From the IMG/VR virus record IMGVR_UViG_3300032516_000005: a stretch of DNA of 64,000 bases; one strand, 5' to 3'. Positions 47,714 to 57,868 of this stretch are shown here, piece after piece (positions within the stretch are counted from its first letter, which is position 1; each line of letters starts with the position of its first letter). The notes beneath the pieces are model-generated. The model did no database searches, was not told where the DNA came from, and was given only the letters and a program-made list of their open reading frames with translations. This stretch comes from a virus. Made by a program: the position numbers and the translations under genes.

Positions 47714-48109
47714 ATGCAGATTGAACCTCAGATGCGTGTGATTTACTTGGCCCATCCCCTCGGGGCGACGACGAAAGAGGGCGTCGCCGCCAACATCGCG
47801 AAGGCGAAGCGCTGGGTGCGTTGGATTTACGATCACTTTCCGAACGTCGCCGTGATCGCGGACTGGCTGATCACTTGCGAGGTCTTCGATGATCTCAACC
47901 CCGAACACCGTGCGCACGGCATGAAGATGAACGGCTTCGTACTGGTCCGCTGCGATGAGTTTTGGATGGTCGGTGGCCGCGTCTCGACCGGCATGGCACA
48001 CGAGCTGGAGTCAGCTATGGAGCACGGCTTGCGCATTTACGACCTGACGTGGCTTGGTGAGGAACCTCCCGTCGAAGTCCCCGAGCGCGTCATGGAGCTG
48101 TGCGCATGA
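47714..48109 (+). CDS. NDT/DUF4406-like protein
   Basis: IYLAHP...CDEFW..GG..S.GM..E. Confidence 0.65.
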   Translation: MQIEPQMRVIYLAHPLGATTKEGVAANIAKAKRWVRWIYDHFPNVAVIADWLITCEVFDDLNPEHRAHGMKMNGFVLVRCDEFWMVGGRVSTGMAHELESAMEHGLRIYDLTWLGEEPPVEVPERVMELCA

Positions 48110-48137
48110 TCTACACCGAGCTGAGATCGATCCTGCC

Positions 48138-48686
48138 GTGAAGCTCCCAAGCGACTTGATCGTTGCACTGACGTCCGAAGAGATTGCCGATATTCGCCGT
48201 GTAGCTCACGAACGTCCCGGTTTCCTTCCAAACTTGTACAACAAAACACGACGTGACCTGACACGCAGTCAAATCGAAACGGATCGCATCGGCCTCACAG
48301 GCGAGTACGCCGTCGCGAAGCTGTTTGGATTAAGTCTCGATGCGTGCGGCCTACGCTTGAAGGGGCTGCAGTTGGACGGAGGCCACGACATGATGTTGCC
48401 AGACGGCAAGACGGTACAGATCAAAGCCATCGAAGTTCATACAAACCCGAATCGTCCCTACTGGTATTCGTTGGAGGGTACTGACCCGATGGAGTTCACT
48501 GCAGACGTTGGCATCATGGCCTACGTTCTTCATCGCACACCAGGTCAGGTGAAGATCCCCGGGTTCATCACACGTGAGCGTTTCATCACCGAACATGTCC
48601 TTGCCAACCTCGGAACGGGTTTACGGGCTGCTGTGGCAACCTGCCGTTTCGACCCGATTGAACTGCTCTTGAAAGGGCAACCGTGA
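48138..48686 (+). CDS. PD-(D/E)xK-like nuclease fold protein
   Basis: GLTGEYAV...DGGHD...VQIK. Confidence 0.6.
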   Translation: MKLPSDLIVALTSEEIADIRRVAHERPGFLPNLYNKTRRDLTRSQIETDRIGLTGEYAVAKLFGLSLDACGLRLKGLQLDGGHDMMLPDGKTVQIKAIEVHTNPNRPYWYSLEGTDPMEFTADVGIMAYVLHRTPGQVKIPGFITRERFITEHVLANLGTGLRAAVATCRFDPIELLLKGQP

Positions 48687-49000
48687 AGCACGCAGCTCGC
48701 ATGAAACACGCCCGGTGCCGGCCACCGAAGGCTCACACCAAGACGCTGCGACTCCGTGAAGACGGTCGCTGGGTCAACGACAACGGCGATCCCGGCCTCG
48801 CGTTCATCCGTGCCGCAGACGAAACGGGCGACGCAGCAACCATCTGGGCCGCGAACTGCAAGTGCACGTGCTACCTGGACTGCCCCGTCTCGACGGCGTT
48901 CGCGCGCGCAACGGCGCTGGGGTTCAGCAGCGCATCGGTGATCGGCGTGCGCGCGTCGCCGCGCAAGCGTGTCGTGCGTCGGAGGCGGGCAAAGAAGTGA
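48683..49000 (+). CDS. Hypothetical protein
   Basis: GTGA overlap; CKCTCYLDC. Confidence 0.5.
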   Translation: MKHAARMKHARCRPPKAHTKTLRLREDGRWVNDNGDPGLAFIRAADETGDAATIWAANCKCTCYLDCPVSTAFARATALGFSSASVIGVRASPRKRVVRRRRAKK

Positions 49001-49338
49001 GCGGCGAGCTTCGCTTCAGCTGGCTTTGTCCCGACGGCTCCATCAAGAACTGGTGGTCTGGCGGCGAGATGCTGCGAGACGGCAAACGTTTCGTCCACAA
49101 CGAGTGGGGCAAGTTCGCGGTGGCGGTGGACCTCGATCAGCGTGAAGCACAGATTCTGTTCAATCACCCCTCAGAGCGCCACGTGATCAAGTTCATGGAG
49201 ATCGCCGACGAGAACTCGCGGCTTGCCGTCGAAGCAGCCTGTGAAGCTCGTGCGGCCGCGTTCACGGCCGAGTTGCTCATGCGCGTAATCGGCCGCGATG
49301 ACATGGCTGACATGATGACGACGAGGATGGCGCGATGA
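48997..49338 (+). CDS. Hypothetical protein
   Basis: GTGA overlap. Confidence 0.5.
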   Translation: MSGELRFSWLCPDGSIKNWWSGGEMLRDGKRFVHNEWGKFAVAVDLDQREAQILFNHPSERHVIKFMEIADENSRLAVEAACEARAAAFTAELLMRVIGRDDMADMMTTRMAR

Positions 49339-49520
49339 CGATTTCAACGTCGGCAACTTGCCCGTGTTGCGGCGAGTACAACACGACCTCGGGCGGTTGC
49401 TTGAAATGCACGTGGCAGCGCACGTTCTGTATGTGTGGTGCCCTGCTCGCGTGCGGCTGCGGTCGAACGTTCGAGCACGTGCGCTGCCCGAACGTGATCC
49501 TCGTGAGGACGTCACCATGA
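49335..49520 (+). CDS. Small Cys-rich protein
   Basis: About 10 Cys in 61 aa; ATGA overlaps at both ends. Confidence 0.5.
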   Translation: MTISTSATCPCCGEYNTTSGGCLKCTWQRTFCMCGALLACGCGRTFEHVRCPNVILVRTSP

Positions 49521-50239
49521 TCGTTGCAGCTTGGCTTTACGTGCTCATTGACCCGCGTGGCGGTGCGATTCGGTACGTCGGATGGACTACGCGGACATTG
49601 GAAAGACGTCTCACGGAGCACTGTTGCCCCAACGACAGCGACAAGTCGTACCGCGCCAACTGGATCAGGAAACTGAAACGGTTAGGTCTGCGACCGACTA
49701 TCCAGGCGATCAACCGCGTTTCGACTGGTGCCGCGCCCGAAATGGAAGTTCGCTTGATTGCCCGCTACCGTGCGGCGGGTTGTATGTTAACGAACACGAC
49801 AAACGGCGGCGAAGGCACAACGGGCTTCAAACATCCGTCGGGGACCTTTGATCATTCGCGCTGGCCGGAAGTGGTTGCTGCGTACCGTCGGCTGAAAAGT
49901 GTTCGGCGCGTCGCTGGTGCAACACGCATTAGCAAGACCGGCGTCGCGTACATCCTGAACGCTTCCGGCGAGCCACTGTTCGGCCGCGCCCGTAACGGTG
50001 CTGAGAATTCCTGCCGGAAGTCGATCGTCGCAGGTTCACCACGCGCCTTGGTCCGCGACTTCAACGTCATGCATCGACTATATGAAGTGGAGCGCCTCTC
50101 GATTCCGGCAGTTGCACGCGCGTTGGGCGTCTCGCGGACCACGGTGATCACTGGCCTTCGTCAGTGCGGGATTCAGATGCGTACCAAGAGCGAAGCAGCA
50201 CGTGGAAGACCGTGGTTGCTGCAACGGAGACAGTCATGA
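49517..50239 (+). CDS. GIY-YIG endonuclease with C-terminal HTH modules
   Basis: LYVLIDPR...RYVGWT...RRLTEH, E..LI, LTN...GGEG. Confidence 0.8.
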   Translation: MIVAAWLYVLIDPRGGAIRYVGWTTRTLERRLTEHCCPNDSDKSYRANWIRKLKRLGLRPTIQAINRVSTGAAPEMEVRLIARYRAAGCMLTNTTNGGEGTTGFKHPSGTFDHSRWPEVVAAYRRLKSVRRVAGATRISKTGVAYILNASGEPLFGRARNGAENSCRKSIVAGSPRALVRDFNVMHRLYEVERLSIPAVARALGVSRTTVITGLRQCGIQMRTKSEAARGRPWLLQRRQS

Positions 50240-50760
50240 TCGTAGCCATCACGGGGCATCGTCCTGAAAAACTCGGAACAGCCCAGTTCTCGGGCTACGC
50301 GCCAGAGAACCCGCTACGGGCTTGGGTCAAGGCCAGGCTGCGCGAACAGCTGCGTCTGCGTAAGCCGTTCAAACCGTTCTACGCGATTAGCGGTATGGCG
50401 CTCGGAGTCGATCAGGACTTCTGTGAAATCTGCATCGAGCTGGGCGTCCCATTCATCGCAGCAGTACCGTTCATCGGCCAGGAACGGCAGTGGCCCCTGC
50501 AGTCACGTGAGCGCTACCGCGAGCTGTTGGCGCAGGCGTACGACATCGAGATCGTCTGTCCGGGCGGCTACGAGCGCTGGAAGATGCTTGCCAGGAATGA
50601 ATGGCTCTGCGAGCATTCGAACGTCTTGTTGGCAGTGTTTGACGGGTCACCTGGCGGCACAGCATCGACGGTCCTGTGCGCGCACCGCCTCGGACGTGAG
50701 GTCATTCGCATCAACCCGAACGAGTTCCGTGGCGCCCTCATGACTGGAGCAGCATCATGA
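50236..50760 (+). CDS. YspA/DUF1273-like SLOG protein
   Basis: ITGHRP, ISGMALGVD, RN.W, GGT. Confidence 0.85.
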   Translation: MIVAITGHRPEKLGTAQFSGYAPENPLRAWVKARLREQLRLRKPFKPFYAISGMALGVDQDFCEICIELGVPFIAAVPFIGQERQWPLQSRERYRELLAQAYDIEIVCPGGYERWKMLARNEWLCEHSNVLLAVFDGSPGGTASTVLCAHRLGREVIRINPNEFRGALMTGAAS

Positions 50761-50981
50761 GAAAGACCGCGAAACAGAAACGCCGTGAAGCGCTGTTCAC
50801 GTGGGTGCGCGACCAGTACACCAACCTCGACGCCCCCCAGATGACGGGTGCAATGAGCTGTGAGGCATTGCCGAACGATCAAACGCCGTTCCATTTTTGG
50901 AAGGCCATCGTTGAGTTTCGACGCTTGCGAACTGACGCCCGCGTAGCCGCCTGTCGAGTGTACTTACGGAACCGATCATGA
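50757..50981 (+). CDS. Hypothetical protein
   Basis: ATGA overlaps. Confidence 0.5.
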   Translation: MRKTAKQKRREALFTWVRDQYTNLDAPQMTGAMSCEALPNDQTPFHFWKAIVEFRRLRTDARVAACRVYLRNRS

Positions 50982-51349
50982 CTTTGAAACAACCGACGCG
51001 TGTTCGTTTGGAGCTGCCCGACGGCGGTGGCGTAATCATCGAAGATGTCTGTGCGCTCTGTCATGAGAGCGTCGACAGCATTCGCTGCCCTATTTGCCAG
51101 CGCCTGTTCTGCGCCGAGCTTTGCTACGGCGTGCACCTGAACGCGCGCGACGAACTTGATACAGAGGAAGCCATCGATGCATTCTTGCACTCGCCACTCG
51201 GCCGCAAGCTCGTCGAGGAAGCGTTCCGTGACGTCGAGGTCGATTGGAAACACGCCCGCGAGTGCAACAACTGCAACCACGAGCTTCACCTGGGTCTTGT
51301 AGACGCGCTCACGCAAGCAGCGATACTGACTGTCGAGAAGACGTCATGA
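50978..51349 (+). CDS. Cys-rich hypothetical protein
   Basis: CALC, CPIC, CNNC. Confidence 0.55.
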   Translation: MTLKQPTRVRLELPDGGGVIIEDVCALCHESVDSIRCPICQRLFCAELCYGVHLNARDELDTEEAIDAFLHSPLGRKLVEEAFRDVEVDWKHARECNNCNHELHLGLVDALTQAAILTVEKTS

Positions 51350-52062
51350 GGGTCGCGCGAGCGGGACAAAGCCTCGATGATCGTCGGCGCGTCGTCGTCG
51401 ACCTGCTCAAGTTCATCCACGACTTCAACCAGCTCGACACGACGCTGTTGATCGCGAAGGTCTACGACAGTGACATGAAGTTCGTCGAGGCGGCCGAAGC
51501 GGTACTCCAATCAGCCGTCGGTCCGTCGCGGTCGATCGAAGCGCTGCGCGACTTCGCCGTGCAGGCGCTGACCGGCGAGAAGCCGTTGCCCGTGCGCGAG
51601 ATGGATCGGATCCGACCGCAGCATCGCGTGACGCCGTTCTCGGTGCCGTACGAGCTGCTGCGCGCGATCGTGCCGCACCGCGGCCAGTTCGATCCGCACC
51701 GACTACGATCGCTCAACAAGACCGACATGCTGGAGCTGCCGTCGACGCGCCCTGAATGGACACACGCGGTCTCGCAAGATCAGTGGTGGCTCGTCACGAC
51801 GATCTGGGTGCGCGCGGTGCCGTACCGACCCGCGTTACAGCGGGTCAGGTTGGACATCCGCGACCAAGGTAGTCAGCGCATCTTGCATGAAGGCCCGTTG
51901 GGCGTGTTGCTCGAAGAGCCGATGCCGTGCTTCTGGCCTTTCCCGCCCAACTCGTACTTGCGTTTGTTGTTTCGGGGCTACGACGAGCAGACGCCGTCGG
52001 AGTGTCGTGATCCAACGACGCTGTTGATGGCGATCGAGGGCTGGAGCTACCACCTAGGGTGA
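51346..52062 (+). CDS. Hypothetical protein
   Basis: 238 aa, ATGA overlap. Confidence 0.6.
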   Translation: MRVARAGQSLDDRRRVVVDLLKFIHDFNQLDTTLLIAKVYDSDMKFVEAAEAVLQSAVGPSRSIEALRDFAVQALTGEKPLPVREMDRIRPQHRVTPFSVPYELLRAIVPHRGQFDPHRLRSLNKTDMLELPSTRPEWTHAVSQDQWWLVTTIWVRAVPYRPALQRVRLDIRDQGSQRILHEGPLGVLLEEPMPCFWPFPPNSYLRLLFRGYDEQTPSECRDPTTLLMAIEGWSYHLG

Positions 52063-52065
52063 ACC

Positions 52066-52599
52066 ATGGATACCGCCGACGACGACGAGATCGAGCACGT
52101 GCACACGGCCTTTACCGGCCATGACCTTGAAGCTGCGAAGTCCTTCGTGCAGACGAACCTGCGCGAAGGCGTGACCTGTCCGGCATGCGGACAGCTCTGC
52201 AAGCTCTACAAACGGCCCATCAACGGCACGATGGCCCTCGCGCTCGTGCTGATCTATCAGCACTTCAAGCTCAACCCGCACCATACGTGGCTGCACGTCG
52301 CGGCGTTCCTCGTCAAGGTCAAGCGCGACTCGACAATCGCGGGCGGCGATGTCGTCAAGTTGCGTTATTGGGGCTTGCTCGAACGCGCCAAGGGTGAACG
52401 CAGCGACGGTAGCGATCGCGTCGGGCGCTACCGCATCACCGAGGTCGGTCGACAGTTCGTCGAGGGCAAGATCGCGGTTCCGAAGTACGTCTACCTCTAC
52501 AACCAGCGACTGTTCCGGCTCTCGGAAGAGATGACGACGGTGCAGCAGGCGCTGGGTTCGAAGTTCAACTACGGTGCGCTGATGGGGACGACGACATGA
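52066..52599 (+). CDS. Zn ribbon plus winged-helix protein
   Basis: CPACGQ; LRYWGLL...G.YRITEVGRQF. Confidence 0.7.
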   Translation: MDTADDDEIEHVHTAFTGHDLEAAKSFVQTNLREGVTCPACGQLCKLYKRPINGTMALALVLIYQHFKLNPHHTWLHVAAFLVKVKRDSTIAGGDVVKLRYWGLLERAKGERSDGSDRVGRYRITEVGRQFVEGKIAVPKYVYLYNQRLFRLSEEMTTVQQALGSKFNYGALMGTTT

Positions 52600-53060
52600 A
52601 GTCCACTGAGGTTTTCCAGGTTGCCGTTGAACGTGCACATCGACAAGAAGAAGCGTTCGCAGCCTTCTTGCGCAATTGCGGGCTGAGCGCGCAAGCAAAG
52701 TCTCGCGGGTTTCGCACTTCGATGGACGCTATCAGCGACTACGCGCACGACATCGACCTCGACGTCGAAGGGTACCGTTGTCAGTACAAGCACCGGCACA
52801 CGTGGCTGAGCGTGTTCCAACACTTCGGCTCTCGGCCGTTCGTTGATGAAGTGATCAAAGCTGATCGCACGCCGGTCGACTTCTACATTCTACGCTTTGA
52901 CGACGGCACCATCGTGATGCCGTACGAACCGGCCCGTTGGGGTGTAGAGCGGAAGTACGATAGCAAGGACAAAGCTCAGAAGGACTTCTACACCTGCGAT
53001 CCGACGGAGGGCGTTCCGCTCTCGCTGTGGATCGAGTCATTTCTGGATACGGCGTCGTGA
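52596..53060 (+). CDS. Possible PD-(D/E)xK nuclease
   Basis: E...DIDL...QYK pattern. Confidence 0.45.
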   Translation: MKSTEVFQVAVERAHRQEEAFAAFLRNCGLSAQAKSRGFRTSMDAISDYAHDIDLDVEGYRCQYKHRHTWLSVFQHFGSRPFVDEVIKADRTPVDFYILRFDDGTIVMPYEPARWGVERKYDSKDKAQKDFYTCDPTEGVPLSLWIESFLDTAS

Positions 53061-53123
53061 CCCAGCGTTGCGTTTCTGTATGAATTGACGCACACTTCAT
53101 GCGTGCCCAAGAACCATCGCGTC

Positions 53124-53327
53124 ATGCAACAGGACGCGCGACTCACGATCCGATTGCCCGGCAAATTGCGTGAGGCGCTTGGGCGGTGGGCTCAAGCTGA
53201 GCAACGCTCGGTGAGCGCACAGGTGCTCAAAGTCCTCGACGACGCTGCAACGAGCGACGCGGCAGTCAAGTCCATCAAGACGTACCGACAACGTCGTGGA
53301 CGGCTCACACCCAAGAAAGCACGATGA
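53124..53327 (+). CDS. Arc-like ribbon-helix-helix protein
   Basis: LTIRLP..L...L...A..E.RSVS. Confidence 0.75.
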   Translation: MQQDARLTIRLPGKLREALGRWAQAEQRSVSAQVLKVLDDAATSDAAVKSIKTYRQRRGRLTPKKAR

Positions 53328-53474
53328 AGGAAATGCATGTTGCTACTTGATCGAATTTTGCGCAGAAGCAACAGCACCTTTTGCCGTTGTTAGCGGATGC
53401 CGATGGGGCCGACGTGAACACTGCACAAATCACTCTTGACTTGTCGCACAGTACCTGAAAAGATCCGAGGATAC

Positions 53475-56400
53475 ATGGCGATTATTTCTGCAGCGACCGT
53501 CGAAAGAGTTTTCAGTGATCTCCATGATCCAAAAAAGCTCGCCGCGTTCGCCGATCGCTTGAAACGTACGCAAGAACCGTTTCGCGCTCTCATCACTGTT
53601 ATGACCCAACGCTGCGGTGAGGATGTTGCGGCAGTAGCAATGCTTGTAGCTTCATTGGGGTGGGCTGCTATCGATCCAGATGTAACCCGTACCATCAGTG
53701 CTAAAACACTACGTAACGCACTAGAGAAAGTCGATCAGCTCATCGTCGAGCACAAACTTGCACGTCCGACCGATGCCACAACACTGGCACGGGTAGCGGA
53801 CGTTCTCATTTCCGCGCAGCCGCACTTAGCAACAATGATTGCCGTGTGGATCTGGCATTACAGTGAACGCGGACACGTTGACGTGACTGTGTGCGCGGAA
53901 GTCCTACGAGAAGTTGCAGCGGTCATACGTGCGTTGGAGATGGAAGGTCTCGCGATTCCCCGCGTCAAACGCAAGATTAGTTATGAAGCTGTCGATGGTA
54001 TCTACGAGACGTTCGCCAACGATCCGTCGCAGTTTCAGCCTTTCAGCATCCGACTACTCCAACAACGGCCCGAGCTGGAAGACTATCTGCAACGATCTAT
54101 CTCAAAGTGGACGTCCGGCACCCGCGTCACTGGGACGTTGCTGGCCATCGCTACTTTGTGGCGTTATTTCGACGAGGCATTGATCATCGACGTCACCGCG
54201 ACCGAAATTGAATCGACGTATGCACGTCTTGATGCGACGTATGCACGTCTTGATGTGTTACGGCACCAATCCGATCATCCAACCGCGGCACAGATCTTTC
54301 CCGAGGCACCGGAACTAGCGCGTGTGATCAACGACTGGATCCACAATGAAGTGTCTGTGGGGCTGCTCTCAGGTGACTACGCACCTGACGCACTCATGGC
54401 GCTACTGACAATCGCTAAGTTGCTGTACGACAAAACGGCTGGAATGGTCACGTACCGGGAAGCTAACGAAGTCATCGATGAACTTGATCGCGATCCGACG
54501 AAGCGTGAAATCTGCTTCCGGCGACTGATCGACGGAAAGCCCGGACTTCATTTGCATCTTCAAACATTGAAAGCGCATTTATCTACAATCGTTTTTGGTG
54601 CAACTGTCGTAATCGTACCGGCTATTTGGCAGTGCCTGGATCCAGAATCGAAATACGACGTGACTGCCGAAGACATGAATTTTGCCGCGCAGAAGATTCG
54701 GCAGTGGACAGATCAACTACGCGCTGACGGTGTTACAGCGTTAGCAGCGCAACAAATTTTAGCGACGCAACCGCAGCTCGGCGTAGCACTGCACGCTTGG
54801 TTGTCGGCACAGGTCATCGCGCTCAACGAAGAAGAATCGAATTTGGCGCTGAAGACCGTGCTCTTGATTGCCTGCGCGTTGGATCTCAAAGCGAAAGACA
54901 TTTGCATGGAAGACACGTTTCATTTTGTTCCGTCGATTGCAGACAGACCGGTGCGGTCAGCAGCGGCGAAGGTTGCTGAGCTACCTCGGCAGCTCTTGGG
55001 GTATGTTCGCGAGTCCGGTGCGGCGTGTACGATCGATCTAGATGTCCAGCAGTTGGCGCAACAGCTCAAGGAAATCATCAATGGGCCGTTCGACGCAATT
55101 GTTCGTGAGAACGTGACACCAGGCGCACATTTCGTGCAATTCGTAGGGCGCAGTGAACTGTCGCCCAGCGTGTGGTTGCGTACTCGATTGAACGCACGCG
55201 GCGCGTCTGCAGGAAGCCGCAAGGTTCTCATAAACGGTAAACGTACAACAGCGTCCCTGACGCGGTTCGTTCCCGCGGCCGTGTCTACGCTCCTCACGGA
55301 CGACGATGCATTGATCGAAGCAAAGTTCTATGTGGTGCAGCCTGCGAACGCCGCACCATCAGTGCAAACCGGCGCGGTCGACGCAGCGACGCATGAAGCG
55401 ATCGTCGCCAACTACCTCGGGATCTGTGAACGATTGAATTCACTGGTCGACGCCGTGGAGGTAGTTTCACCTGAAGCAGGTGCCGCTGAAAGAACGACGC
55501 AGGACGCAGAACGCATCTGGCCGTCGCTTCGCGATGCCGTCATCTTCGAGCTGTCGGCGGATGCGTACGTGCAGTTGTATGAAGAGTTCGCTTACTACAT
55601 CGCGCGCTCCGCAAAGGTCTCAATTCATCCGTCAGAGTCGTTGGAGAAGATCCTCGACCAGCTCACCCCGGCCGCGGAAAAGCGCGTCACCGAAATGGTC
55701 CGCAGTGGTGCCGCAGCACCGTTCCCTGAGAAGTTACCATTCAAGTCGTGCTTCTTTGCTTACGGTGCAGGCGTAAACGAAACGGAGCGGCTCACCGTTC
55801 CAGCTTTCGTTGTCGGAGCCGACACCGGAACGATTCTTGGACATCTAGTTTGCGAAAGTGGGGAAGTCGTCCGCTTTGCCTGGTGTTCGGTAGACGGCAA
55901 AACCGCGCTGCAGTTCGAATCTGAACGGCTTCCGGGGCAGTTCAGTTGGGCACAGCCACATAACCTCGCGCCGTGGATCGTCAACGCGCTGGTCGACTAT
56001 GTCAACGAGCACAAGACGCTCATCGAGATGGGGAAGATCGGCGCCGTGTACCGCACTACCGTCAAGAAGATCATTGCTCGCCTGAAGCTGCAGCCCGTTC
56101 AGCCGCCACCGTTCTACGTCGTCTACATGAAGGACAACTACGTGCGCGAGACTGGTGCACGGCAGGCAGCACTAATCAAGCGCCACATCGACTGGCAACA
56201 CCGTTGGAAGGTCCGCGGCCATGATTGTATTCGGTTCCAGCGCGGCCCACTGCCGATCGATCCCGAGCTGCTGGAACGTTTCGCGCGACGCGGCTACAAG
56301 GTCTTTACGGACACACTGCCAGACGCCGAAACGTTCGCGGATCTCCACAAACGGGGCGTTCCCGAGAAGGGCCCGGACGAGTGGATCGCGATCCTGAAAT

Positions 56401-56504
56401 ACTGGCGGGAGCCGTACGAGAAAGGTCCCGACGACAAACCGCTGATCGAGAGTGTGCGACGCTCGACGAAGAAGTTCGATTCGTTGCCGGATGACGTAAA
56501 TTAA
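53475..56504 (+). CDS. Large protein: three N-terminal helical repeats and a C-terminal VRGH...W..PY.KGP domain
   Basis: GAGG RBS; 1009 aa. Confidence 0.75.
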   Translation: MAIISAATVERVFSDLHDPKKLAAFADRLKRTQEPFRALITVMTQRCGEDVAAVAMLVASLGWAAIDPDVTRTISAKTLRNALEKVDQLIVEHKLARPTDATTLARVADVLISAQPHLATMIAVWIWHYSERGHVDVTVCAEVLREVAAVIRALEMEGLAIPRVKRKISYEAVDGIYETFANDPSQFQPFSIRLLQQRPELEDYLQRSISKWTSGTRVTGTLLAIATLWRYFDEALIIDVTATEIESTYARLDATYARLDVLRHQSDHPTAAQIFPEAPELARVINDWIHNEVSVGLLSGDYAPDALMALLTIAKLLYDKTAGMVTYREANEVIDELDRDPTKREICFRRLIDGKPGLHLHLQTLKAHLSTIVFGATVVIVPAIWQCLDPESKYDVTAEDMNFAAQKIRQWTDQLRADGVTALAAQQILATQPQLGVALHAWLSAQVIALNEEESNLALKTVLLIACALDLKAKDICMEDTFHFVPSIADRPVRSAAAKVAELPRQLLGYVRESGAACTIDLDVQQLAQQLKEIINGPFDAIVRENVTPGAHFVQFVGRSELSPSVWLRTRLNARGASAGSRKVLINGKRTTASLTRFVPAAVSTLLTDDDALIEAKFYVVQPANAAPSVQTGAVDAATHEAIVANYLGICERLNSLVDAVEVVSPEAGAAERTTQDAERIWPSLRDAVIFELSADAYVQLYEEFAYYIARSAKVSIHPSESLEKILDQLTPAAEKRVTEMVRSGAAAPFPEKLPFKSCFFAYGAGVNETERLTVPAFVVGADTGTILGHLVCESGEVVRFAWCSVDGKTALQFESERLPGQFSWAQPHNLAPWIVNALVDYVNEHKTLIEMGKIGAVYRTTVKKIIARLKLQPVQPPPFYVVYMKDNYVRETGARQAALIKRHIDWQHRWKVRGHDCIRFQRGPLPIDPELLERFARRGYKVFTDTLPDAETFADLHKRGVPEKGPDEWIAILKYWREPYEKGPDDKPLIESVRRSTKKFDSLPDDVN
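54214..54255. repeat. In-frame 21-bp tandem duplication
   Basis: CGACGTATGCACGTCTTGATG x2 (TYARLDA-TYARLDV). Confidence 0.9.
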
Positions 56505-56520
56505 CAACGGGGCTGAAGAC

Positions 56521-56757
56521 GTGAACGCTACGCGCCGTCAGATTCTGGAACACCTCGCGCGTGCCACTGAGCCCGTCTACGGACTCGACCTGATCAATGC
56601 CGGTGTCGGGTCGCGCTTCACGATCTTCGTGCACATGGGGCAGCTGGAAGATGCCGATCTCGTCGAAGGTACCGAGGAACGTGTCACGCTCCGTCGGCGC
56701 TACAAGATCACGGACAAGGGCCGTGCGATGTTGCTACCCGAGGCGCGCGTTCGATGA
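56521..56757 (+). CDS. PadR-like winged-helix protein
   Basis: YGLDL...LE...RRRYKITDKG. Confidence 0.75.
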   Translation: MNATRRQILEHLARATEPVYGLDLINAGVGSRFTIFVHMGQLEDADLVEGTEERVTLRRRYKITDKGRAMLLPEARVR

Positions 56758-56773
56758 AGATCCGACACACCTG

Positions 56774-57778
56774 ATGCACCTCCACGACTTTCATCGAACG
56801 CCGCATATTTGCGGCGACTGCCGGAAGCCACCGGGTGCGGGCGGGTGGTTGACGCTCACGTGCGAAGTCTGTCGCGCCAACATCTCCATGTGTCCACGCG
56901 AAGGCTGCTTCCAAGGTACGCCTCTCGAAGTGATGCAAGCGCACTACAAGAGGCATCGACACGGACTGTTTCAAGAAGCCTCCGTCACGCCGATCGCTAA
57001 GCCCGTCGCGACCTGTTCGAGCTGCGGACACGACCTGTCGGATTCGTACCACCAGTGCCATCTCTGTGACGACGTGATCTACTGCTGCACGACGTGTGAC
57101 GGCCCGAAATTTCAGACTCTCGTCGATGATCATCAACGGCTGGTTCACTACACGAACGCGATGGTCATGGGGTACACGCGGCGTTTCATCCTCGATGAAA
57201 CCGGCGTGCTGTATGCCATCGTCAATAGCGGTCGCGCAATCGAAGCACCTGCGTGGGTGCAATGGATTTTGGTCAACATGGACTCGGAACTTTGGCGGCC
57301 TGCACTGCGTGCAGCCGCTAAAGCGGTGAACCCGATCGGCGCGGCGCGTGCGGTGCGCGCTGTAGCGCAAACAGGTGGCAGCGTTCCACGTCGCCGTCCG
57401 AACGGTACGTCGATCGCGTCGAGTGTCATACCGCTACCCGCAAAGCCTGACCCAACGATACGTCACGCGTACAACGGCCGCCCGAACTGGGCCCAGTCAA
57501 CGACCGTGGCGTGCGAAGAACGTTTCGAAGCCTACGACCGTGCATTGGATGAAGTAGTCATCGAGCTGCCGCGTGAGCCCATGAACTGGTATTTCCATAT
57601 GCGTATCGGGGACGGTGAAGCGCCCGAGTGGACTTCGAGCGACGAGGCCAGCGACGATCTCCCTGATCGGAATGAACTGTTCGAGGCACAATGGGGAGCC
57701 ACACATCGACGACGCAAGCGACGGCTTCTGCTTACAGCACGCGTAAAAGCGCGACGTCGAGTCATGAGTTGTCCATAG
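56774..57778 (+). CDS. Cys-rich hypothetical protein
   Basis: Multiple CxxC pairs in the N-terminal half. Confidence 0.55.
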   Translation: MHLHDFHRTPHICGDCRKPPGAGGWLTLTCEVCRANISMCPREGCFQGTPLEVMQAHYKRHRHGLFQEASVTPIAKPVATCSSCGHDLSDSYHQCHLCDDVIYCCTTCDGPKFQTLVDDHQRLVHYTNAMVMGYTRRFILDETGVLYAIVNSGRAIEAPAWVQWILVNMDSELWRPALRAAAKAVNPIGAARAVRAVAQTGGSVPRRRPNGTSIASSVIPLPAKPDPTIRHAYNGRPNWAQSTTVACEERFEAYDRALDEVVIELPREPMNWYFHMRIGDGEAPEWTSSDEASDDLPDRNELFEAQWGATHRRRKRRLLLTARVKARRRVMSCP

Positions 57779-57868
57779 AGGGGCCACCCGAGTCTATCAA
57801 TACCCGTACGATCCCGCGACGCGTAGATGTTGAGATCCCGCGCAGGAAACGCTAAAAGCTAGATCATT

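Noticed and set aside
57810-57842. Direct repeat GATCCCGCG x2 upstream of 57869
   Set aside because: Only half-sites of the box; too degenerate to call
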